Positions 49,599 to 57,430 of a stretch of DNA of 64,000 bases are shown piece after piece; position 1 is the stretch's first letter, and each line of letters begins with the position of its first letter. The notes beneath the pieces are model-generated. The model ran no database searches, had not been told where the DNA came from, and worked only from the letters and a program-made list of their open reading frames with translations. Source of the DNA: Bacilli bacterium (GTDB lineage Bacteria; Bacillota_I; Bacilli_A; RFN20; CAG-288); the NCBI GenBank assembly GCA_022652945.1, contig JALCRV010000009.1, positions 15,025 to 79,024 on the forward strand. The letters are read 5' to 3'. The position numbers were made by a program, and so were the translations under genes.

Positions 49599-49745
49599 TC
49601 AGATATTCTGAGTGTCAGTTGAATTGACCCTTGTCCCGATCATCATGACCAGGGCTTCCAGGACCTTCTGCCAGTTAACGCCTTTAGACATCTTTTTAGA
49701 AACGTCTTGCTTCGACTGGGAGGTCTTGATTTCTTGATATTCCAT
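49599..49745 (-). CDS. Stand-alone small gene: 48-aa hydrophilic protein MEYQEIKTSQSKQDVSKKMSKGVNWQKVLEALVMMIGTRVNSTDTQNI
   Basis: Not in the ORF track (below 60 aa). Minus-strand promoter TTGCAT-17-TATATT at 49817-49845. 5'-UTR perfect palindrome accggctcgagagccggt at 49780-49797. Strong SD gaaaggagg 7 nt before ATG. A two-tier hairpin plus T7 terminator at 49544-49576 lies immediately after the stop. Confidence 0.4.
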   Translation of the reverse strand: MEYQEIKTSQSKQDVSKKMSKGVNWQKVLEALVMMIGTRVNSTDTQNI

Positions 49746-50014
49746 ATCAGAAACCTCCTTTCTTAGGGCACTTACTTTAACCGGCTCTCGAGCCGGTCAG
49801 CCAGTGCTGAATGATGAATATACAACACATTTTGAAATAATGCAAGAAATTTTCACTAATTTTTCAGAAAAGTTTTTCAAAGATTGAAATTGCTCTGAAA
49901 ATCAGGTGCTTTTTGATATTGCTAAAAACCATAAGTTTTATAATAGCTATAACCTTTTCACAAGATTTATTTGCTCTATGGTTTTATAATTTTTTCAAAG
50001 ACAGGAGGCTGGTT

Positions 50015-51976
50015 ATGTTTAAAATTTTTAAGGACAGACTCTGTTGGTCAAGCTCCCAAGGCGAGATTTGGATTTCCCCTCTTGGCAACGGCATCGCAAT
50101 CCAAAAAACATATAAAGAAAAGCCGATCATCTTATATGAGCCTTTAGAAAAAACCGGAGATGAAAGGCCGGTTATCCTACTTGACGGGTCGAGCGCTTCT
50201 TTCAAAGAAGGCACCTCGCTTCTTAAGTTGGATGAAAAAGATGGGGAACTTTCTTTTTCTCTTTTTAGCGAGGACGGGAAAAAGGTTCTCGCCTTCTCTT
50301 CCTCGGATATCGCCTTTAGCCAAAAAGGTGAGGAAGGCGGTGAGCTTTCCTTTTCTTTCATCCCTGAAAATCCTTCTGAAAAGATTTTCGGCATGGGTCA
50401 GTATCAAGATGGCAGGTTGAATATAAAAGGATTAAAAGCCGAATTAGCTCAACACAATACCCAAATCTCCATTCCCTTCTTTATCTCTGACAAAGGTTAC
50501 GGCTTTTTCTGGGATAATCCGGCGATCGGAGAGGCCGATTTCCTTCAGGATAAGACCGTCTTTCAAGCTAAGCTGACTGACCGTTTTGCCATCTGGCTTA
50601 CCGTCAACAGAACCCCAAAAGAGAACGTCCGTTCTTTTATGGCCGTGGCCGGCAAGCCGGAGATGATGCCAGATTACGGGATGGGCTTCTGGCAGTCCAG
50701 GCTTCGCTATTATAAGCAGGAACAAATCGAGCAGACCGTTCAAGGCTATCAGGAACGGAAGATTCCTCTTTCCATGATCGTCTGCGATTTTTACCATTAC
50801 CCGCACCTGGGAGATATGAGATTCGATTCAGAGTTCTTCCCCGACCCAAAGGAAATGATAAAGAAGGTCAACGAAACGGGCGCTAAATTCCTAGTCTCCT
50901 TCTGGCCGTTTTTGGAAACCAAATCAGAAAACTACCAAGAAATGGAAGCTAAGGGCCTTTTGATTAAATCGAGCGTGCCCTTTAAGAACTCAAAAACATT
51001 CGGGACTACGATCTTTTTCGATATGGCTAATCCCAAGACGATGGATTACGTCTGGGAAAAATGCCAAAAGAACTATGTGGATTACGGAATCACCAATTTC
51101 TGGCTCGATGAGATCGAGCCTCATAATAACGTCGAAGACCCCGCTTTCTATTCCGGGATAGCTGGTTCGCATCTAAAAACAGGTAACCTTTATCCTTTGC
51201 TAGTCGAAAAAGGCTTTTATACGAAAATGAAGGGGGCCGGGATCAAAGACGTGGTGAATCTCTGCCGTTGCGCTTGGGCGGGTAGCCAGAGATTCGGTTC
51301 CCTCGTCTGGTCGGGGGATGTGTTTTCAAAATTCGAAGCCTTAGAAAAGCAAATCCCAGCGGGCATAAACATCGGCTTAGCCGGCATCAGCTGGTGGAAC
51401 ACCGATATCGGCGGGTTTACTTTCGGCTTAGTAAAATCTCCCAAGTTCCGAAATCTTCTGATCAGATGGTTCGAATTCGGGACCTTCTGCCCTTTGATGC
51501 GTCTGCACGGCTGGCGCTTCCCGGTAAAAGCCCCCAGAAGAAAAGACGGGAGCAAAGTTTTCTATACGGGGGCGGATAATGAAGTCTGGAGTTACGGACC
51601 TAAGAACTACGAAATCATGGTCAAGTACATCTTCCTCCGAGAGAAAATGAAGCCTTATCTCAAAAAGATTTACAAGGAGGCTTCCCTTTACGGAGACCCT
51701 TTGATCCGCGGATTGTTCTACGAATTCCCGGAAGATGAAATCGCTTATGCGATAAAAGATGAATACCTGTTCGGCTCTTCTTTGCTTGTAGCTCCCATCA
51801 TCAAAGCCTTCAGCCGTCAAAGGAAAGTTTATTTGCCTAAAGGCGCTACGTGGTATTCCGTTCTTGATCATCAGATTTATCAGGGCGGGAAGACATATTT
51901 GATTAAAGCAAGGCTTGATCAAATACCGGTCTTTTGTAAAAACGGAGAAGAAAAAGATCTCTTTAAAGATCTTTAG
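50015..51976 (+). CDS. Glycoside hydrolase family 31 (alpha-glucosidase/alpha-xylosidase-like)
   Basis: Start at MFKIFKD with an aggagg SD 6 nt upstream. GH31 catalytic region WLDEIEP (nucleophile Asp) and WFEFGTFCPLMRLHG. Confidence 0.8.
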   Translation: MFKIFKDRLCWSSSQGEIWISPLGNGIAIQKTYKEKPIILYEPLEKTGDERPVILLDGSSASFKEGTSLLKLDEKDGELSFSLFSEDGKKVLAFSSSDIAFSQKGEEGGELSFSFIPENPSEKIFGMGQYQDGRLNIKGLKAELAQHNTQISIPFFISDKGYGFFWDNPAIGEADFLQDKTVFQAKLTDRFAIWLTVNRTPKENVRSFMAVAGKPEMMPDYGMGFWQSRLRYYKQEQIEQTVQGYQERKIPLSMIVCDFYHYPHLGDMRFDSEFFPDPKEMIKKVNETGAKFLVSFWPFLETKSENYQEMEAKGLLIKSSVPFKNSKTFGTTIFFDMANPKTMDYVWEKCQKNYVDYGITNFWLDEIEPHNNVEDPAFYSGIAGSHLKTGNLYPLLVEKGFYTKMKGAGIKDVVNLCRCAWAGSQRFGSLVWSGDVFSKFEALEKQIPAGINIGLAGISWWNTDIGGFTFGLVKSPKFRNLLIRWFEFGTFCPLMRLHGWRFPVKAPRRKDGSKVFYTGADNEVWSYGPKNYEIMVKYIFLREKMKPYLKKIYKEASLYGDPLIRGLFYEFPEDEIAYAIKDEYLFGSSLLVAPIIKAFSRQRKVYLPKGATWYSVLDHQIYQGGKTYLIKARLDQIPVFCKNGEEKDLFKDL

Positions 51977-51978
51977 TC

Positions 51979-52857
51979 TCAAGAAATCTTCTTGAACTCT
52001 TTTTCTAAAAAGGCCCTGAGGTCTTCAGCAGCAGGGCTAAGTGCCTTGCCTTTTAAAGTCAGCAAGGAAAGCTTACGTGAAAAGGTAAATCCTTCGATTT
52101 TGACTTCTTTGATTTCGCCTTTTTTCAATTTTTCTTTTACTACCGAATAAGGAAGAACCCCGAGGCCGAAGCCGGCCAAAGCAAACTGCAGCAAGGAGTC
52201 GTTAGCATCCGTTTCCAAAAGCGGCTGGCATTCAATGCCCTCTTCTTTCATCACCGCTTCAAATGAGTCCCGAGTGCCCGAGCCTTTCTCCCTTAAAAGA
52301 AGCGGATAAGAAGAAAGGTCAGAAATCTTCAATTTGTCAGCCTGCAGAAAATTCTTCGCGCAGACGAATGAAAGATGATCCCGGCCTAAAGAAGCCACCT
52401 CGAAGGAGCCTTGCTCAAAGGGACCTTCGATAATCCCAAGATCAAATTTTTCTTCTTTTAATCCTTGAGCCACTTTTTCGCTGGAGGTAATCCGATAAGT
52501 CAGCTTAAAACCCTGAGGCTCAGGATAAGAGGCCATAATCCTCGGAAGCCACTGAGAGCCTAAGGAAAGTGAGCAGGCGAGCGATAGAACAGGTTTTCGA
52601 CAAGCACCTTTGGCATAGTCTTCCAAAGCTGTAAAGGAATTCAAAGTCCTTAAGGCATATTCTAAAAAAGTTTTCCCTTCCTCGGTGATTTTCAGCCGTT
52701 GTTTAATCCTTTTGAATAATGGCAAACCGGTTTCCGTCTCTAAGTCCTTGATGGCTAAAGACACGGCCGGCTGAGTCATATAAAGCGACTCTGAGGCCTC
52801 AGTCAATGATTTCCCTTGAGCAACCGCCACAAAGATTTCCAGTTGTTTTAATGTCAT
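51979..52857 (-). CDS. LysR-family transcriptional regulator
   Basis: N-terminal HTH (LKQLEIFVAVAQGKSLTEASESLYMTQPAVSLAIKDLE) and a LysR substrate-binding domain. Confidence 0.85.
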   Translation of the reverse strand: MTLKQLEIFVAVAQGKSLTEASESLYMTQPAVSLAIKDLETETGLPLFKRIKQRLKITEEGKTFLEYALRTLNSFTALEDYAKGACRKPVLSLACSLSLGSQWLPRIMASYPEPQGFKLTYRITSSEKVAQGLKEEKFDLGIIEGPFEQGSFEVASLGRDHLSFVCAKNFLQADKLKISDLSSYPLLLREKGSGTRDSFEAVMKEEGIECQPLLETDANDSLLQFALAGFGLGVLPYSVVKEKLKKGEIKEVKIEGFTFSRKLSLLTLKGKALSPAAEDLRAFLEKEFKKIS

Positions 52858-52953
52858 AGTTTATATTGAAATATATATCAACTTCATAACATTATACAAT
52901 TTTACTAATACTATATCCAGCCATATAATATTGAAGAAAGCAAGGAGGCCAAG

Positions 52954-53577
52954 ATGAATATCAAATTGGATTTGTTCCTGACCTTTTTGAAAATCGGGGC
53001 CACCACCTTCGGGGGCGGGTATGCGATGATCTCGCAGATTAAAGATGAGATCGTCGATCGGAAAAAGTGGATTGATGATGACGAGCTGCTTGAAATTACC
53101 GCCATCGCGGAATCGACCCCGGGGCCGATCGCTATAAATTTAGCCACTTTTGTGGGATATAGAAAAGGAAAGTTCTGGGGAAGCCTTTTAGCAACTTTAG
53201 GTGTCGTCCTTCCTTCTTTTATTGTAATATTCTTAATCTCTCTCTTTTTTGATCAGTTCATCCAGAACAAGTTTGTGGCCTACGCCTTTGTCGGAATTAA
53301 GGCGGCCGTCGCTTATTTAATCATCAAAGCGGCCATCGACCTGATTAGGAAAATGCCTAAAAAGGGTTTGCCCATCTCTTGTTTGGTTCTCGTAACTGTT
53401 GCCCTGCTGCTATTTGATTACTTCTCGATTGATTTCTCTTCGATTTATTTAATCCTTATTGGCGCTTTTATAGGATTGGTTTTCTACAGTCTAAAAGATC
53501 TGATTAGCAAGAAAAGAACAATTAAGACAGCCGAGAAAAAGGCCAACGAGGAACCAAAGGAAGGAGAGAACAAATGA
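52954..53577 (+). CDS. Chromate-transporter (ChrA) family protein, N-terminal-half paralog
   Basis: LKIGATTFGGGYAMI...ESTPGPIAINLATFVGY signature. Confidence 0.8.
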   Translation: MNIKLDLFLTFLKIGATTFGGGYAMISQIKDEIVDRKKWIDDDELLEITAIAESTPGPIAINLATFVGYRKGKFWGSLLATLGVVLPSFIVIFLISLFFDQFIQNKFVAYAFVGIKAAVAYLIIKAAIDLIRKMPKKGLPISCLVLVTVALLLFDYFSIDFSSIYLILIGAFIGLVFYSLKDLISKKRTIKTAEKKANEEPKEGENK

Positions 53578-54158
53578 TTTACCTTCTTTTATTCTGGGAA
53601 TTTTTAAAAATCGGCCTTTTCACCTTCGGTGGTGGCTACGCGATGATTCCTTTACTTAAAGAAGCAGTAATGTCTCATAGTTGGCTGACTGAAGCCCAGT
53701 TTTATGATTTCATCGGTGTCTGCGAGTCGACCCCTGGTCCGATTGCGGTCAACATGGCCACCTACGTGGGTTCGGTCCAAGGAGGAATCCTAGGAGGAGC
53801 AGTAGCGACTTGCGGGGTGGTTTTGCCTTCTTTTATCATTATTCTGCTGATTGCTTCAGTCCTCATGCGCTTTACGGAAAACAAGTACTTCAAAAATGCT
53901 TTAAAAGGAATCAATCCGGTCGTGATGGGTTTAATTCTCGGAACCGGTCTTTTGTTGCTAGCGAAGCAAATCGGTTATCAAGGCAAGGACGCTTTTTCTT
54001 TCGATCTCGGATCGACAGTCACCTTAGCGGCCGTCGTCATCTTCGCCTTTCTATATAAAACCATCAGCAAGAAATCCATCTCGGCGGTTCTTTTGATTGT
54101 TATCTCAGCTGTCTTGGGGTTAGGTATCAATTGGCTCTTTTCCTTGTCGAACGTCTAA
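53574..54158 (+). CDS. Chromate-transporter (ChrA) family protein, C-terminal-half paralog
   Basis: LKIGLFTFGGGYAMIPLL...ESTPGPIAVNMATYVG; 4-nt ATGA overlap with the upstream half. Confidence 0.8.
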   Translation: MIYLLLFWEFLKIGLFTFGGGYAMIPLLKEAVMSHSWLTEAQFYDFIGVCESTPGPIAVNMATYVGSVQGGILGGAVATCGVVLPSFIIILLIASVLMRFTENKYFKNALKGINPVVMGLILGTGLLLLAKQIGYQGKDAFSFDLGSTVTLAAVVIFAFLYKTISKKSISAVLLIVISAVLGLGINWLFSLSNV

Positions 54159-54189
54159 AAAAGCATGGCTTGAGTCGAAAAGGATGTCA

Positions 54190-54312
54190 TCCGTCGAAAC
54201 TGATGGAACAAGAAAATAAAAATGGCCATTGGAAAAAACTGAGTGTCTCAAAAATGTCTCAAAAGTGTCTCAACAAAATAAAAAAGCCCGATTTCTCGGG
54301 CGTTTTCAATAA
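54190..54312 (-). repeat. Copy C of the tRNA-Thr 3' trailer module (minus strand; sub-repeat gagacaYtttt x3)
   Basis: The reverse complement aligns with copies A and B across the terminator gcccgagaaatcgggcttttttatttt, the tandem sub-repeats and the tail ccaatggccatttttatttt...ttccatcag. Confidence 0.6.
54272..54301 (-). terminator. Rho-independent terminator of copy C (minus strand); the hairpin also reads as a terminator-like element on the plus strand
   Basis: gcccga-tttc-tcgggc hairpin; a T-run follows on the minus strand. Confidence 0.65.
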
Positions 54313-54386
54313 TGGTGCCGCTAGGCGGAGTCGGACCACCGTTTGATGCTTACAAGGCAACCGTTGTACCGTTGAACTATAGCGGC
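54313..54386 (-). tRNA. tRNA-Thr(UGU)-like gene with a non-canonical T-loop (possibly a divergent tRNA or pseudo-tRNA)
   Basis: The reverse complement reads gccgcta-ta-gttc-aacggta-caac-g-gttgc-cttgtaa-gcatc-aaac-ggtgg-tccgact-ccgcc-tagcggc-a-cca. The acceptor is perfect. The D-stem has 3 bp plus a C:C. The anticodon stem has a T:T at 28:42. The T-loop reads TCC rather than TTC. The shared Thr trailer follows it. Confidence 0.5.
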
Positions 54387-54390
54387 GAAA

Positions 54391-54466
54391 TGGTGGACGC
54401 TGCAAGGGTTGAACTTGCGACCTCTTCCGTGTGAAGGAAACGCTCTCCCAGCTGAGCTAAGTGTCC
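54391..54466 (-). tRNA. tRNA-Val (anticodon CAC)
   Basis: The reverse complement reads ggacact-ta-gctc-agctggga-gagc-g-tttcc-ttCACac-ggaag-aggtc-gcaag-ttcaacc-cttgc-agcgtcc-a-cca. The D-arm region is identical to B. subtilis tRNA-Val. It sits 4 nt upstream of the Thr-like gene; the promoter is TTGAAA-17-AATAAT. Confidence 0.8.
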
Positions 54467-54698
54467 GCGCTTTTAAATTATTGCAGATAACCTTGGTTTT
54501 TTCAAGAAAAAACCAAGCGGAGGGCACGCATCTTTCATGTAAGAAAGGAGCCAAAAGCCGGTTTTCTAAAATCATCTCGAAAAAGGCAACTCTAAATGCT
54601 TAGTTAATAATGCCAGTTAATCCGGCCTAAATACTCTTTTAGAATGATAGAAGCAGACCCGATCCAGTGCTAGAATGTAGCGGAGAGGAATTTCCTTT

Positions 54699-55589
54699 AT
54701 GGCACAAAAACTCAGTCCCGAGATGCAAAAAAGAATTTTAAAAAACCAACAAGATGAAATAGACGGGTACGCTATCTACGCCTTCATGGCGAAACGACAG
54801 CAGAAGAAATATCCGGAGAACGCAAGAATCCTAAATCAGATGTCCCAAGACGAATATAACCATTATTCAACTTGGGCCAGCCTCACCGGCAAGAAACTGA
54901 AGCCGCATGTCTTTTTCAAAAAATTGCTGACGGTAATCCTAGGTTTTACCTTCGTGGTCAAGACCATGCAAAAAGGCGAAAAGCTTGGCCAAAATGAATA
55001 TGAAAGCTTGGAAAAAGAAGTACCCGCAGCAGCCAAGATGTACCAAGATGAAGCCAACCACGAAAAAGAACTTTACGCCCTCCTCGATGAAGAAAGGCTT
55101 CATTATGTCGGTTCGATGGTTCTCGGCCTGAACGATGCTCTGGTTGAACTGACCGGTGCGATCACCGGCGTTACGTTCTCTTTAAAAGATTGCCGTTTAA
55201 TTGCTCTGACAGGTATCATCACCGGCTTTGCCGCCACCCTTTCGATGATGGCCTCTAATTATTTAGCCCAAGCGGCGGAAGGAAATAAAAACGCCTTTAA
55301 GTCTTCCCTTTATACTGGCGCGGCGTATTTGCTTACCGTCGGTCTTTTGGTTCTCCCATATCTCTGTTTGATGCAGACGGGAGCGGAAGCCAGCTATCTT
55401 TGGGCTTTCGCCATAATGATCGGCGAGGTAATTCTAGAGATTGCCTTCTTCAATTTCTATATCTCCGTAGCTCAGGAGAAGCCTTTCTTCAAGCATTTCC
55501 TCTTGATGGCGGGTATCTCTTTAGGAGTCGCCGCGATTTCCTTCGGTATCGGGTTGCTGGCAAAATTGCTGCTCGGAATCGATGTCTAA
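54699..55589 (+). CDS. VIT1/CCC1-family metal (Fe/Mn) transporter with N-terminal ferritin-like (erythrin) domain; MbfA-like
   Basis: N-terminal four-helix region with ExxH pairs (DEYNH, EANHE). The C-terminal 5-TM VIT domain carries GLNDALVELTGAITG. Confidence 0.7.
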   Translation: MAQKLSPEMQKRILKNQQDEIDGYAIYAFMAKRQQKKYPENARILNQMSQDEYNHYSTWASLTGKKLKPHVFFKKLLTVILGFTFVVKTMQKGEKLGQNEYESLEKEVPAAAKMYQDEANHEKELYALLDEERLHYVGSMVLGLNDALVELTGAITGVTFSLKDCRLIALTGIITGFAATLSMMASNYLAQAAEGNKNAFKSSLYTGAAYLLTVGLLVLPYLCLMQTGAEASYLWAFAIMIGEVILEIAFFNFYISVAQEKPFFKHFLLMAGISLGVAAISFGIGLLAKLLLGIDV

Positions 55590-55622
55590 AGAGGTATATC
55601 CTCATAAAGAAAAACAACTGCG

Positions 55623-56378
55623 TCAATTGCGCAGTTGTTTTCTTAAAGCCTGATCTTTATACTTCTTTAAATAAGTGAGCCAAAGCCCGCCGTCAGGCAG
55701 TTTAACTGCATCCTTTAAGGTATAAGCCCTGGGGAATCCTCTCGGAGAAGTCTTTTCAACGAAGGATAAGCCGTGGCTTTCTCCATCGATAACGGGAGCC
55801 GTCACCAAGGAAATCTCATCGACAAGATTATCTTTCATGAAAGCCGCATTGATATTCCCGCCTCCGCATAAAGCAAAACGTTCAATGCCGAATTCCTCAT
55901 AAAGCTTATGCAAGAACAATCCCGCATCCAAATCCTCTTGACCAGCGATGATATAAGGAATGGCAATCTTTCTTAAATAAGCAAGGTAAGAAGAAGGAGC
56001 CAGAGCGGTCACGACTTCCAAGACTTTCGAGAAGACTCCATCCGGATACTCGATTTTGTCCTGCTTCCAATTCAATCTTCCCTTCCGATCAAAGGCAATC
56101 GCATAAGGCAAATTTTCCGACTTGACGAGATAATCGCCTTTTTCCACTTTCCGGTCTTTAAACTCATCGAGGTTTAAGTTATCAGCAAGCGCGCTCTGAT
56201 AGTTTTCTTCGAACGTTGTCCGCCCGCAACCCCAAGCTTTCGGAGCTAACTTGGCAATTTCTTCATCGTAAAATTCTCCGCAAACATCGCACTCTTTCAT
56301 CGAAAAGAAAGGGCCGGTGATTTTCCCATCTAAAGAAGTCATCATATGGCAGATGACATAAGCCCGTTTTTCTTGCAT
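55623..56378 (-). CDS. RibD C-terminal domain / dihydrofolate-reductase-like family protein
   Basis: MTSLDGKI N-terminus and GGG.I..AF..DNLVDE NADPH-binding region typical of PF01872. Confidence 0.6.
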   Translation of the reverse strand: MQEKRAYVICHMMTSLDGKITGPFFSMKECDVCGEFYDEEIAKLAPKAWGCGRTTFEENYQSALADNLNLDEFKDRKVEKGDYLVKSENLPYAIAFDRKGRLNWKQDKIEYPDGVFSKVLEVVTALAPSSYLAYLRKIAIPYIIAGQEDLDAGLFLHKLYEEFGIERFALCGGGNINAAFMKDNLVDEISLVTAPVIDGESHGLSFVEKTSPRGFPRAYTLKDAVKLPDGGLWLTYLKKYKDQALRKQLRN

Positions 56379-56382
56379 GGCT

Positions 56383-57255
56383 TTATTTTACTTCAATCAA
56401 TTCGTATTCGCGGCTGGCAAACCCGAGTTTGCATGCGGAGTCGATCGTATGGATTCCATTTCGGGATTCGACTCTTTCGATAAAATGCTTCTTACCCGGA
56501 TCATCGGACTTATAGACGATATCCAAGCAAGCCTGATCGATCGCAATCGGATTAAGTGAAGACAGAATCCCGACATCTTTCAAGCAAGGATCTTCCGCCA
56601 CCGCGCAACAATCGCAGTCGACGGACATATTCTTCATGATGCTGACAAAAGCGATATGCCCTTTAAAATGGTTATAAACCGCTTCGGCGGCATCGGCCAT
56701 CGATTCCAAGAAAGAATCGTGGTCGGTCGTCCAAATTTTCGATTGATCGCTCCCGCCCGCCAGATGGATATAAGCCTTGCCGAAACTTGAGGCACAACCG
56801 ATCGACAGTTGCTTCAAGGCTCCGCCGTATCCGCCCATCGGATGCCCTTTAAAATGCGAGACGACTACCATCGAATCATACTTCATTAAGTTTTTACCGA
56901 CATAATCTTTCTTAATAACTTTCCCGTTGGGGATATCCAAGACAACATCCGGACCTTCTCCATCCATGATATCCACGTTGAAGTTGGTGCTCCAACCGTG
57001 CTTTTTCATCAGTTCGGTATGTAAAGGAGTGGTATTTCTGGCTCCCGGATAAGCGGTATTGCATTCCACGACTGTGGCCTGCAGCTCATTTACAAGGGGT
57101 TTATACCATTCCGGGCCGAGAAAGTTTTGATTCCCTTCTTCTCCCGAATGAAGCTTTAAAGCAATTTTTCCCTTTAAGTCAGCATGCAGGATATCGTACA
57201 TCTTCTTTACGCCTTCTGGTGAAAGATCTTTGGTAAAAAAAACTTTGGATTTCAT
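56383..57255 (-). CDS. DUF362-family protein (putative Fe-S-associated)
   Basis: Start set at MKSKVFFTKDL with an aaggagg SD 7 nt upstream. The layout resembles DUF362 (PF04015) and carries a Cys cluster (CDCCAV...C). The upstream N-terminal extension in the ORF track was rejected. Confidence 0.55.
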   Translation of the reverse strand: MKSKVFFTKDLSPEGVKKMYDILHADLKGKIALKLHSGEEGNQNFLGPEWYKPLVNELQATVVECNTAYPGARNTTPLHTELMKKHGWSTNFNVDIMDGEGPDVVLDIPNGKVIKKDYVGKNLMKYDSMVVVSHFKGHPMGGYGGALKQLSIGCASSFGKAYIHLAGGSDQSKIWTTDHDSFLESMADAAEAVYNHFKGHIAFVSIMKNMSVDCDCCAVAEDPCLKDVGILSSLNPIAIDQACLDIVYKSDDPGKKHFIERVESRNGIHTIDSACKLGFASREYELIEVK

Positions 57256-57430
57256 CTTGCGCCTCCTTGGCCTCGGAAAACCAACATTTGATTTTCCTTT
57301 CAAGTAAATCATACGCCTTTAAGTTAACTTTAAGTCAAGAGCAAAATATTGATAAAATCCATTCGATTTTGATAGAAGTAAAGCACCAAAAATGATAGAT
57401 TGTTTAAGAAATTAGAGGTAATAAAGAAAA

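Noticed and set aside
54131-54575. ORFs of 71, 84 and 64 aa spanning the tRNA-Val/Thr genes and the trailer repeat.
   Set aside because: They overlap confidently folded tRNA genes and the terminator repeat, and are spurious frame translations.
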